NCBI GenBank assembly: GCA_023511535.1
Contig: JAIMBK010000004.1
Coordinates: forward strand, 340 to 64,339
DNA: 64,000 nucleotides
Reading direction: 5' to 3'
Source of the DNA: Armatimonadota bacterium
Lineage (GTDB): Bacteria; Bacillota; Desulfotomaculia; Desulfotomaculales; Nap2-2B
Positions 17,323 through 26,705 of the stretch are shown in pieces. The notes beneath the pieces were generated by a model. It saw only the letters and a list, made by a program, of their open reading frames with translations. It did no database searches and was not told where the DNA came from. Every line of letters begins with the position of its first letter. Within the stretch, counting starts at the first letter, position 1. A program made the position numbers and the translations under genes.

Positions 17323-18891
17323 CTAACTCTTCTTTTCGATGTATTTTTTGCGCAGCAGGGCTTTTTGCAGTTTGCCGGTCGGGTTGCGCGGCACATCGGA
17401 GAAAACGACTTTTTCCGGCCACTTGTACCGGGCCAACCCCTGTTCCTTGCAAAACTGCACCACTTCTTCCTCGCTCATCGTTTCCCCCGGGTGCAGCTGA
17501 ATAACCGCCATGGCTATTTCCACCAGGCGCTCGTGCGGATAGCCGATGACCGCCACGTCGGCAATTTTCGGGTGGCGGTGCAGCACTTCCTCAATTTCTA
17601 CCGGGTAAATATTTTCGCCGCCCCTGATGATCAGATCCTTCTTCCGGTCAACAATGTACACGTAGCCGTCCTCGTCCTGCCGGACCAAATCACCGGTGTG
17701 AAGCCAGCCGTCTTTAATTGTCTGGGCGGTCATGGCGGGGTTTTTGTAATATTCCTTCATGATCCGGGGCCCCTTCAGGAGCAACTCGCCCACTTCACCC
17801 ACCGGGACGTCGTTTCCCTGCTCGTCCACAACGCGCGCCTCCACGTTAAAGGTCGGTTTGCCGATGGAACCCGGCCTGCTCAGCACATCTTCGTCGTACA
17901 GGTTAAAACTGCCGCCGCCCCCGCCTTCGGTAATCCCGTAAATGTTGCCCGTCTTGAAGGGGAAAATTCGCTTCATATCCTGGAAGAGCGTATAGGGAAC
18001 CGGCTGTGCACCGATGACAATGTTGCCGGTAACGTGGGAAAAATCGTACTTGCTGATGTCAATCTCGCCCCGCTTGATGGCGTTCACCGAATCGGACATG
18101 GTGGGAACGGTAACCCAGCCGTTGTTGACCTTTTCTTCGGCGATGGCGTCCAGCAGGTAACGCGGGTCGGAGAGTTCCCGCAGGATAACGATCTTGCCCC
18201 CGGCCAGGTAGGAAGGGAAGGACAGGAAAAAGCTGCCGCTGTGATAAAAGGGGTGGGGGGCCAGGTAAACGGTTTCGTGGCCTTCGCTGTAGGCCAGGGC
18301 ACAGCTGAGCCCGACGTTGTATAAAGTGCTGTGCGCCTGGCAAACGGGCTTCGGGTCGCCCGTGGTTCCGGAGGTAAACATCAGCTCTGCCGGGTCGTCG
18401 TCGGCCACGTCGACCAATACGTCCTCCGGGCTGCCGGCTTCGATGATCTTCGCGTAGGAAATCATGTCCGCGGGAACTTCTTTGCCGATGCAGATATAAT
18501 TACGGATCGAGGGCATTTCGCCTTGAATGGGCTGCACTTTGGGCAGAAATCCTTCTTCCAGAATAAAAGCCACGGGCTGGCAGGCCTCCGCCGCAAACTT
18601 GATGTCTGCACTGGCGAAACGGAAGTTGAGCGGCACCGCCACCGCCCCTATTCTTAAAATGGCGTGGAAAGTAACCACCCACTCCAGGCTGTTCATTTGG
18701 AGGTGGAGGACAAAGTCCCCCTTTTTAATGCCCAGTTCCTTTTGCAGGTAATTAGCCACCCGGTTGGTGTCCTCGTTGAACTCTTTCCAGGTCATGACCC
18801 GCCGCAAACCTTTCGAAGGCGTCCGCTCAATTAAAAAATCTTTCTGCGGGTACTTCTTTGCATTAATAATGCCGTAACGGGCAAAATTCAT
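17323..18891 (-). CDS. AMP-forming acyl-CoA ligase (ANL superfamily), substrate unknown; first gene of the operon
   Basis: The 522-aa ORF has FTSGTTGDPKPV, GDLVRQDEDGYVYIVDRKKD and PRNPTGKL. Confidence 0.8.
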   Translation of the reverse strand: MNFARYGIINAKKYPQKDFLIERTPSKGLRRVMTWKEFNEDTNRVANYLQKELGIKKGDFVLHLQMNSLEWVVTFHAILRIGAVAVPLNFRFASADIKFAAEACQPVAFILEEGFLPKVQPIQGEMPSIRNYICIGKEVPADMISYAKIIEAGSPEDVLVDVADDDPAELMFTSGTTGDPKPVCQAHSTLYNVGLSCALAYSEGHETVYLAPHPFYHSGSFFLSFPSYLAGGKIVILRELSDPRYLLDAIAEEKVNNGWVTVPTMSDSVNAIKRGEIDISKYDFSHVTGNIVIGAQPVPYTLFQDMKRIFPFKTGNIYGITEGGGGGSFNLYDEDVLSRPGSIGKPTFNVEARVVDEQGNDVPVGEVGELLLKGPRIMKEYYKNPAMTAQTIKDGWLHTGDLVRQDEDGYVYIVDRKKDLIIRGGENIYPVEIEEVLHRHPKIADVAVIGYPHERLVEIAMAVIQLHPGETMSEEEVVQFCKEQGLARYKWPEKVVFSDVPRNPTGKLQKALLRKKYIEKKS

Positions 18892-19163
18892 TATTTTTCC
18901 TCCTTGCCTGACTAAAAAATAATTTTTCTGAACTCTTGGTTGATTATTTTCTTAATTTCCTTTTTTAGTATTTCCAGCCTCCTTTCCGGATGCAGCCAAA
19001 CAGGCTCGACTTTTCAGCCAGGATTAAATATTGGTGCCTTAATGATTTGCGTTACAATTCCTACTCTTTTATATTAAAATAAAAGTATAGTAGAAAAAAT
19101 ACCCCTAAAGAATGAAACAAAAAAATCCACGGGTGAAACTTGGGCTAACCTTCTTGGTGGAAA

Positions 19164-19727
19164 TTAGACAAGGTTTTTATGCATGGCATAAGCGATAAAG
19201 AGGTTCTTCCGGTTCTCATGCTGCTGAAAAAATTCTCTTTCCCCGGCACTGGTAAAATTATACCCCTGCTTTAGCCAGAAATTAACAGCACTATGTTCGG
19301 CCGGGACGGATATCGTCCGGATACCCACCTGCCTCCCCAGCTTTTCAATTTTTTTCACCACCTGCGCGCCGGCCCCCCGCCCGCGGAAGACAACGGGCAG
19401 GTTTAAGTAATGGACGACACAGACCCCGGCCCCGTAATCGTATTCCAGATCAAGGAGAAACTCCTCGCTGAAAGGGGGAACATTTTTATTATAAAAACGG
19501 TTTTTCAGTTCGGCATACCTGCCCACAATCACCTTTTCCGGCGCTTCGCCCCGGCCTGGCTGCCCTTTGCCCGCTGTTTCCCCGTCCTTCGGCCGGCCAA
19601 GGAAAAGAACGCTGAAAGTACTGGCCGACTGGTTAATTTCTTCACTGATCAGAAAGACATTTAACCGCCCCTGAAAAAAAGCTTCCAGTTCTTCCCGTAA
19701 ATTCAGGAACAATTCGATCCGGGTCAA
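19164..19727 (-). CDS. GNAT-family N-acetyltransferase-like protein
   Basis: The 187-aa ORF has a motif A-like segment VVFRGRGAGAQVVKKIEKLGRQVG. The N-terminal half shows no similarity I can recognise. Confidence 0.45.
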   Translation of the reverse strand: MTRIELFLNLREELEAFFQGRLNVFLISEEINQSASTFSVLFLGRPKDGETAGKGQPGRGEAPEKVIVGRYAELKNRFYNKNVPPFSEEFLLDLEYDYGAGVCVVHYLNLPVVFRGRGAGAQVVKKIEKLGRQVGIRTISVPAEHSAVNFWLKQGYNFTSAGEREFFQQHENRKNLFIAYAMHKNLV

Positions 19728-19937
19728 TTTTTAGTTCATCCTTCCAAGTTAATTCCCTTTTCATTCGTTCGGGTTGAATAAACTAGCCTTTTAAGCGATA
19801 TGCTCCCGCGAAAAAGATATAATATAATTGTAAAATAAAAAAGTTTTTTTCAAAAGCAGTTTTAAAACTTTTTTGAACAATCAACTGAAAACGCATCACG
19901 GTAGGATAGATTTCTATTCTAACGGAGGTGAGGGTTC

Positions 19938-20942
19938 ATGACCAACGCAGGGCAGCAGGACGTGACTACGGTTTTAATCATCCAGGAAGAGGCGCACCGG
20001 TATGCAAAAATGATCGAAGAAGCTTTCCCGGAAGAAGTCAAAACGGGTAAAATCAAATTAATTCCGTGCGTCGACGAGCGGGAAATTCCAGAGGACGTCA
20101 GTAACGTCAACATCGTCGGTACGTGGCCACTGGTAAAGCAGGTTCCGCAAATGAAAAATCTGAAGTGGGTGATGACCTTCAGTTCGGGGATCGACCACTG
20201 GGAAAAGGCAAATCTTTTGCCGCGGGAAATTCCGTTAATTCATTTGCCCGGCGGCTCGGGTATCCCGGTGGCGGAATTTGTCATCGGCCTGATGCTCAAC
20301 CACGTCAAATATTACAATCAAATTTGGGACAACCAGAAACAACGCAAATACCAGCGCCTGCAGGGCAAGGAACTTTACGGGAAGACCCTGGGAATTATCG
20401 GTCTGGGCGGGATCGGCCGGCAAATCGCCAAAAGGGCGAAAGCCTTCGATATGTACGTAATCGGCTCGGAAATTCAAATTATCGACGTTCCGTTTGTCGA
20501 TAAGGTTTATTTAAGCCAAGATTGCGAGGAAATATTGAAGATCAGCGATTTTGTAGTGCTCTCCTGCCCGGAAACGCCCGAAACCATCAACATGATGAAT
20601 GAAGAACGATTTAAAATGATGAAGCCGACCGCCTATTTTATCAACTGTGCCCGGGGCTCCCTGGTGGTGAAGGAAGCCCTGATCAAGGCGCTGAACGAGG
20701 GCTGGATCGCTGGGGCGTCCATCGATACCCACTGGATTAAGAATCCGCTGCCTTCGTACCTTCCTCCCGACGACCCGCTGTGGGACGCCAAAAACGTTTT
20801 CATCTCGCCCCACATCTCCAGCTGGACGGACATGTACGCACCACGCTTCGGGGCGGTCTTCGTCGAGAATATCCGGCGCTACCTGCAGGACGAGCCGCTG
20901 ATCCACGTGGCCCCCGGATTTGGAGTGAAGACGGAAAAGTAA
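19938..20942 (+). CDS. D-isomer-specific 2-hydroxyacid dehydrogenase (NAD-binding)
   Basis: The 334-aa ORF has GKTLGIIGLGGIGRQIAKRA, a CARG segment and SPHISSWT. Confidence 0.8.
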   Translation: MTNAGQQDVTTVLIIQEEAHRYAKMIEEAFPEEVKTGKIKLIPCVDEREIPEDVSNVNIVGTWPLVKQVPQMKNLKWVMTFSSGIDHWEKANLLPREIPLIHLPGGSGIPVAEFVIGLMLNHVKYYNQIWDNQKQRKYQRLQGKELYGKTLGIIGLGGIGRQIAKRAKAFDMYVIGSEIQIIDVPFVDKVYLSQDCEEILKISDFVVLSCPETPETINMMNEERFKMMKPTAYFINCARGSLVVKEALIKALNEGWIAGASIDTHWIKNPLPSYLPPDDPLWDAKNVFISPHISSWTDMYAPRFGAVFVENIRRYLQDEPLIHVAPGFGVKTEK

Positions 20943-20973
20943 AATTTTGGGCGCAGGCGGCCAGGACCCGAAA

Positions 20974-21005
20974 AAACGCCCGGTTAAACCGGGTGTTTCT
21001 TTTTT
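20974..21005. terminator. Bidirectional rho-independent terminator between convergent genes
   Basis: The hairpin is AAACGCCCGG-TTAAA-CCGGGTGTTT. It is followed by CTTTTTT on the plus strand and by TTTTTT on the minus strand. Confidence 0.8.
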
Positions 21006-21079
21006 GGCTTATTTCCGGCGCCTCAAACCCACTCCACTCCTCTTTTTTACTCGGACGCCCATTCTTCCCGGACGTTTAC

Positions 21080-21122
21080 TGCCTTTGTCCTTTGTTCCTT
21101 TGTCTCTTGTGCCTTTGTGCCT
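21080..21122. repeat. Tandem 7-8 nt units of the TGCCTTTG family
   Basis: The units read TGCCTTTG TCCTTTG TTCCTTTG TCTCTTG TGCCTTTG TGCCTAA. The last unit contains the dctM stop codon. Confidence 0.8.
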
Positions 21123-22434
21123 AACGATAAGCCATCAGAGAAGGCAGGAAGGTGGCAATTTGCGGAAAGGCAATTAACAGGGCGCAGCAGATAATAATGG
21201 CAATCAAAAAAGGCCAGATCCCCCGGAAGATTACTTCCAAAGGAACGTCGGGGGCAATCCCCTTGATAATATACACGTTCATTCCCACCGGCGGCGTAAT
21301 GACCCCCATGGCCACCACCAAAACGATGATCACCCCGAACCAGATCGGGTCATATCCAAGGACATCCACGGCGACCGGGTAAAAAATGGGAATGGTGAGC
21401 AGGATAAGCGCCAGCGCATCGATAACACAACCCAAAAGCAGGTAAATAAACAAAATAATCCCCATAATGACAAAGGGCGGGTAGGGCAGGGAACCCGCCC
21501 ACTCCGCCAGTTCGAAAGGAAGACGGCTGACGGCGATGAAGCGGCCGAAAATGGTCGCCCCGGCCACCAGAAACATAATCATGGCCGTGGTCCGGGTGGT
21601 GTCCACCAGGGAGCGGTTGAAGCCCTGCCAGGTCAGGTGCCGGCCGAGCAAAGAAACGGCCAGAACGCCGGCTGAGCCCACCGCACCGGCTTCGGTGGGG
21701 GTGAACCAGCCGGCAAAAAGCCCGCCGATGGAAAGGGCGAAAACCGCCAGCACTTCCGGCAGGCCGCCCCGCAGGGAAGCAAGCACCTCCCGGAAGCCGG
21801 CCCGGGGTCCGGGCGGTCCCAGCGCCGGGTTCCGCCAGGAAATCACCAGAATTGCCGCCATGTAAAGCAAAGTGAGTAAAATTCCGGGCAATATCCCGGC
21901 CACGAACAGCTTGCCGATGGATTGTTCCGTAGCGATCCCGTAAACCACGAAGATGACGCTGGGCGGGATCAGGATCCCCAGGGCCCCGCCGGCAGCTACG
22001 CTGGCCGTGGCCAGGGAGCGATCGTAATTGAATTTTCTCATCTCCGGGATGGCAATGGCGCCCATGGTGGCCGCCGTGGCCGTGTTCGACCCGCAGACGG
22101 CGCCGAAAATGGCGCAGGCCGCTTCGGAGGCAACGGCCAGCCCGCCGGGCAGCCCGCCCAGCAGTTTATAGGCAAAAGAAAAGAGCTTTGAGCCGATCCC
22201 CGAGTAATAGGCCAGAAACCCCATCCAGACAAACATCGGAATGACGCTCAACGAGTAGGAAGAAAAGGTGGAATAAATGTCTTTGGCCACCACCCGCAGG
22301 GCGGCCTCCGGGGAAACCAGCCAGCAGCAGCCCAGAAAGCCCACCAGGCCCATGGCAATGGCAATGGGCAGGCGGAACAACAAAAGGATCAAAAAGGCGA
22401 TGATGCCGATTACGCCAACTAGAAAGGGACTCAT
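21121..22434 (-). CDS. dctM: TRAP transporter large permease
   Basis: The 437-aa polytopic ORF overlaps dctQ by 4 nt. Confidence 0.85.
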   Translation of the reverse strand: MSPFLVGVIGIIAFLILLLFRLPIAIAMGLVGFLGCCWLVSPEAALRVVAKDIYSTFSSYSLSVIPMFVWMGFLAYYSGIGSKLFSFAYKLLGGLPGGLAVASEAACAIFGAVCGSNTATAATMGAIAIPEMRKFNYDRSLATASVAAGGALGILIPPSVIFVVYGIATEQSIGKLFVAGILPGILLTLLYMAAILVISWRNPALGPPGPRAGFREVLASLRGGLPEVLAVFALSIGGLFAGWFTPTEAGAVGSAGVLAVSLLGRHLTWQGFNRSLVDTTRTTAMIMFLVAGATIFGRFIAVSRLPFELAEWAGSLPYPPFVIMGIILFIYLLLGCVIDALALILLTIPIFYPVAVDVLGYDPIWFGVIIVLVVAMGVITPPVGMNVYIIKGIAPDVPLEVIFRGIWPFLIAIIICCALLIAFPQIATFLPSLMAYR

Positions 22435-22907
22435 TTCCGGACCACCTTTCTGGCGGCTTCGCCCAGGTCCACCAGGATCACCAGGCAGTAGACCAGGAAA
22501 CCAAAAGCAGCGAGGTAAATAAAGGGATAAAAAGGTACGTTGGTGGTCGGAGCAACCTCGCCGCTCTGGATCATGCTGGCGGCGTAGCCGGTCAGCTGCC
22601 AGGAAACCAGGAGCAGAAAGCCCAGGGATACCAACCCCACCGCCAAATCAATCCCCGCCTGGACTCTGGGCGACAGGCGTTCGGTTAAAAAGGTGATGGC
22701 AATGTGGCCGTTGGACACGGCGCAGTAAGCCACCGCCAGGCCAATCACCAGGGTGGTTAAAAAACCCACCCACTCGTAGGTTCCTTCGATCGGGCGCTTA
22801 AAAAGACGCAGGATGATATTTCCCACAACCAGAACCATGGTGGCCACCAGCGCCCATCCGGCGATCCTGTCCAGGATTTGACTGATTTTCGTAACAAATC
22901 TTGCCAT
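22431..22907 (-). CDS. dctQ: TRAP transporter small permease
   Basis: The 158-aa ORF has 4 predicted TM segments and overlaps dctM. Confidence 0.8.
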   Translation of the reverse strand: MARFVTKISQILDRIAGWALVATMVLVVGNIILRLFKRPIEGTYEWVGFLTTLVIGLAVAYCAVSNGHIAITFLTERLSPRVQAGIDLAVGLVSLGFLLLVSWQLTGYAASMIQSGEVAPTTNVPFYPFIYLAAFGFLVYCLVILVDLGEAARKVVRK

Positions 22908-23094
22908 AAGTTCCTCGGTGCACCTCCCCTAGCCCGGTCCGGCCCGATCAAGCTTCAACCTTAAGCAAACAGGAAGGGGCACAACGCCTGAGGCACAATT
23001 TTAAGAACATCGGCGCTGTACCCCGAGCCCTGCTGCAGCGAAGCCTGGTCTTAATCCGGCTTAAATTTATGCTCCTGTCCTTGCCGTATTTTGC

Positions 23095-24189
23095 CTATTT
23101 ATATTCTTTGTTGTATTTATCCGCCAGCTCCTGAATCGTTTGCAGGACTTCTTCTCCCGACAGCCCCTTTTCTTTCATCCTCTTCAGATAATCGTCCCGG
23201 ATTGGCTTTAAGCGCTCAATCCACAGGGCCTTCTCCTGATCGGAAAGGGTCAGGAACTGCACGTTTTTCTCTTTGGCAAACTGGACTCCGGCGTCGTTAA
23301 TGCTGTCCCAGAATCCCACGCCCTTCTCCTCGTAATATTTTGCGCAGGCATCTTCAATGGCCTTTTGCAGGTCCGGGGGCAGGGAATTAAACTTGTCTTT
23401 ATTCATGGTCACAAAAAACAGGGTGTTGTATAGGAAGGGCGTATCCGTAACGTATTTGACGACCTCGCCGAATTTAAAACCTTTTAGCGTTTCCAGAGGA
23501 GCAATATTACCTTTAACTACCCCTCTGGAAAGGGCCTCGTAAGCTTCCGACTGGGGCATGGCCACGGCCGTGGCGCCCAGTAGGGGAAGTGTCTTGGCGG
23601 TCACTCCCGTTGCTCTGATCTCCATCCCCTTCAGGTCGGCCAGCTTTTGCACCGGCGTCTTCGTAAACAGGTGCCCGGGACCGGTGGAAATGATCATCAG
23701 GTGCTTGGTGTCCTGCAACTCCTTCGGATTTAGTTTTTTCGCCCCTTCCCAGGCAACCCGGTCGGATACCTTCGAGTTATTGTAAGTGGTTCCCGGCAGC
23801 TCGAAGGCTTCCATAACCGGGAAGCGGCCGGCGGTGTAGGAGTAGCAGGAGATACCGATGTCGGCCACCCCTTTCACCACCCCGTCGTAGATCTCCGCCG
23901 CCTTCAGGAGGATTTCCCCGGAATAGCTGACGACTTTGACCCGCCCGTTGGTAGCCTGTTCAATGGCTTTGGCCAGACCGGGAACAAAAACTGTTTCGAT
24001 CTGGTGGGTACTGGGCCAGAAGTGGGCCAGCTTCAGCTCGATGGGCTTCGCTTCCGGTTTCGGCGCCTCCTGCTGGGGCGCCGGCTTGGGCCCTCCGCAA
24101 CCGGCAATGGCGAGCACAGTCACCAGCAGCACAGCCAGCAGCACAGCAACCGCCGCTTTGCCCTTTTTCAACGTCCGCTTAGTCAGCAA
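23095..24189 (-). CDS. dctP: TRAP transporter substrate-binding lipoprotein (DctP family)
   Basis: The long ORF spans 23095..24363. The likely start is the TTG at 24189, 9 nt after an AAGGAGG SD. This gives a signal peptide with lipobox LAIAGC. Confidence 0.75.
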   Translation of the reverse strand: MLTKRTLKKGKAAVAVLLAVLLVTVLAIAGCGGPKPAPQQEAPKPEAKPIELKLAHFWPSTHQIETVFVPGLAKAIEQATNGRVKVVSYSGEILLKAAEIYDGVVKGVADIGISCYSYTAGRFPVMEAFELPGTTYNNSKVSDRVAWEGAKKLNPKELQDTKHLMIISTGPGHLFTKTPVQKLADLKGMEIRATGVTAKTLPLLGATAVAMPQSEAYEALSRGVVKGNIAPLETLKGFKFGEVVKYVTDTPFLYNTLFFVTMNKDKFNSLPPDLQKAIEDACAKYYEEKGVGFWDSINDAGVQFAKEKNVQFLTLSDQEKALWIERLKPIRDDYLKRMKEKGLSGEEVLQTIQELADKYNKEYK

Positions 24190-24324
24190 AAAAAATCTCC
24201 TCCTTAACTTTAAATTTTCTGCCTGTTCGTTTGTCCCTGCCGGTAGCCTGCTTTCACCCCCCTGCCAGGTCTGACCTTTCCTCTTTAATGCATTCCTTGC
24301 AGCCATTTCTATAAACAATTTCGA

Positions 24325-24363
24325 GTGCGCCGTTCGTTTTCCTGCCGGAAGCGAACGGCGCAC
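24325..24363. repeat. 12-bp perfect inverted repeat (stem-loop), function unknown
   Basis: The sequence is GTGCGCCGTTCG-N15-CGAACGGCGCAC. It lies between the SSS transporter stop and the dctP start. No clear U-tract is present. Confidence 0.6.
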
Positions 24364-24429
24364 CAGATATTCTAAAAAACTTTCCCGTTTCCGGAGTTTT
24401 TTTACTTTTTTACTCTCCGGGTATAACGG

Positions 24430-25995
24430 CTACGTGGTTACGGTGGCGCTGCCGGCCGGCGCCCTGGGCGCCGTCCCCAGGATTTTATCCAGCTTTCCCT
24501 CCGGCAGCGGCCTGGAGAGCAGGCTTCCCACAATGTAGCAGAAGAAACAGCCGAGGACAATCAACCAGATGGCGGTGCCCATCCCAATCATGCTCTTCCC
24601 GACCATAAAGGAAAAGATTAAAGTAGCCGGCAGCCCGTAAACAATACAGGCAATGGCGCCTACCTTCGTGGCCCGGCGCCACCACAGGCCGAGGGTGACC
24701 ACCGGCAGGAACATCCCGCCCATCCCGGCGGCCGCCTGGCCCATCAGCAAGGCCAGCAGGGGTGGCGGGCTGAACAGGGTCCAGAAGAAGGGAATCAATG
24801 CCGCGGGAATCAGTAACAGGCGGGTTAAAACCAAGAGGGTGCTTTTCTGGATGTTCGGCCACCAGGCGCCGATTATGTCGTTGGTGATGTTCGCGGCAAT
24901 GATCATGATCATCCCCGAGAAAGTTCCCAGAGTAGCGGCAAAAACACCGGTAACGTAAAGCGTCGTCAGCGGCACTCCGCCGGAAACCATGGCGATAAAG
25001 GGAGCGGCCAGATCTCCTTTCCAGGGAACAATTTTTAAAAGCTCCGCCCCGAAGGTGGCCCGGGCCGCCAGACCGGTGGTGGCGTTCAGCATGATCGGAA
25101 ACCCGGCAATGAGAAACACCGGAATGACCAGCCAGATGAAATCCGCCTTTTTCTTCATCGGCCGCATGCCCAAAAAGCGGGCGACGTTATGGGGGAAACC
25201 GGTGCTCATGGTAAAGAAAAGCAAAAGGGTGGAAGTAATTCCGATCCAGCTCGAAAAAAGCTGATTGGAGCCAACCTTGGGCAGGTCAGGACGGATCAGC
25301 CGCAGCAGGTTAGGGTTCTCGGCAGCCAGCCTGGCCTCCAGCCCCGAAGGTCCGCCCACGTAGCTCAGAGCGGCAATACCCAATACAAAACAGGCGACGC
25401 CCAACAGGATGCCCTGGAACCCCATCGCCCATTGGGTGCCGGTATAACCGCCGATCAGCAGGTAAATCAACACCACCACGACGGCCAGCAAAAGACACCA
25501 CACTGGAGAAAAGCCGGTAACCGCATACCACAGGGTGCCGGCTGCTTTCAGCTGGCCGACGGAATAACCGAACAACAGGAGAGCCATGGCCAGGGCGGCC
25601 AGGGAGGAGGCCACCTTGCTGTCATACCGCAACTGGACGATATCCGCCAGGGTCCGGGTATTATTGCGCATACTGAAGTCGCTCAATTTGCGCGCCGCTA
25701 AAAACAAAGTGGGAATAATACCGAAAAGCGTCCACACGCCGGCAAACCACATCCCCGACCAGCCGACGGCGTAGGTAATCCCCATCATCCCCATGGTCGC
25801 CCAGCCGCTCAAGTAAGTAGAAGCAATCGCGCAACCGGTGATAAAAGGACCGATGTCCCGCGACCCAACCAGGTACTGGTCATAACCGGCCGCCCGGCGC
25901 CGGGCGATGAGGCCGAGAACGGCGCAAACGATCAACAATACCGCCAGGCCGGCCACAGCCCCGGTGAAAAAAGCAGGAGTAGGCTTTGGAATCAT
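24430..25995 (-). CDS. Sodium:solute symporter (SSS) family transporter
   Basis: The polytopic ORF spans 24430..26079. The likely start is the ATG at 25995 (MIPKPTPAFF), which forms an ATGA overlap with the upstream mini-ORF. Confidence 0.75.
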   Translation of the reverse strand: MIPKPTPAFFTGAVAGLAVLLIVCAVLGLIARRRAAGYDQYLVGSRDIGPFITGCAIASTYLSGWATMGMMGITYAVGWSGMWFAGVWTLFGIIPTLFLAARKLSDFSMRNNTRTLADIVQLRYDSKVASSLAALAMALLLFGYSVGQLKAAGTLWYAVTGFSPVWCLLLAVVVVLIYLLIGGYTGTQWAMGFQGILLGVACFVLGIAALSYVGGPSGLEARLAAENPNLLRLIRPDLPKVGSNQLFSSWIGITSTLLLFFTMSTGFPHNVARFLGMRPMKKKADFIWLVIPVFLIAGFPIMLNATTGLAARATFGAELLKIVPWKGDLAAPFIAMVSGGVPLTTLYVTGVFAATLGTFSGMIMIIAANITNDIIGAWWPNIQKSTLLVLTRLLLIPAALIPFFWTLFSPPPLLALLMGQAAAGMGGMFLPVVTLGLWWRRATKVGAIACIVYGLPATLIFSFMVGKSMIGMGTAIWLIVLGCFFCYIVGSLLSRPLPEGKLDKILGTAPRAPAGSATVTT

Positions 25996-26090
25996 TCTTT
26001 CCACCTCGCAATCGTGATCCAGGTTCCAATGACGGTGAGGAGAATACTGGCAATGGCCACTCCCCACCAGGCCGTCCAACCGCTTGACAT
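25992..26090 (-). CDS. 32-aa single-TM mini-protein translationally coupled to the SSS transporter
   Basis: Hand translation gives MSSGWTAWWGVAIASILLTVIGTWITIARWKE. Its stop (TGA) overlaps the transporter ATG, and a GGAG lies 12 nt upstream. It is below the ORF-track size cutoff. Confidence 0.5.
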   Translation of the reverse strand: MSSGWTAWWGVAIASILLTVIGTWITIARWKE

Positions 26091-26705
26091 ACTGAAAACA
26101 CGCTCCTTTCTAAATTTTAGGATAAGTCCTTATTTGCATAGCTAATTTTAATCATTCACCCCCTTTTATGTCATTCATTTTCCCATTAACTGCGCAAAAA
26201 CGAAGGTTAAAGGGTGATAAGAAGAGTTAAACGGTTCTTCACGATGAATTGAAAACTGTACAGGTTAAAAAATTAATTGCCTGAATCGCCTAATAAATAG
26301 CATAACTAGGGCTTACTGGTATTATCTTTTCGTCCGCAAAAACATTCCCTCTAACATGTATTCTCAAATTCCGTTCTTAAATTCAACTCTTCAGTATTCA
26401 AATTAAATAAATCAAAACCGTCTTTGCGTTTAAATTTTACCCGGATTGATCACCTCCCCGGTGGAATATATAGAAATATATAAATAAGAGTCTTGCTTGA
26501 ATTATATTACTTGTATTTGCGGAAATATATCACTTAAATGAATGAATATTGAGTTAACTATTATTAGTGATGATGATCAGTATTTCTGTACAAGTTTGAC
26601 TAATTATAAAATTTAAAAACCGTTTTTTTCCTTACTTTTACCGTGAGACCATCTGTATATTCCGTGCTAGCCCTTCCGTGTTAACATTTTTCATCTATAA
26701 TTGGC

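Noticed and set aside
18892-19163. Sigma-54 (-24 GG / -12 GC) promoter upstream of the 9-gene operon; the same was sought upstream of bamB at 2518-2883
   Set aside because: The GGCAC-like strings present (for example AGGCACCAATATTTAA) lack the TTGC element at the correct spacing. No enhancer-binding protein gene is in the window.
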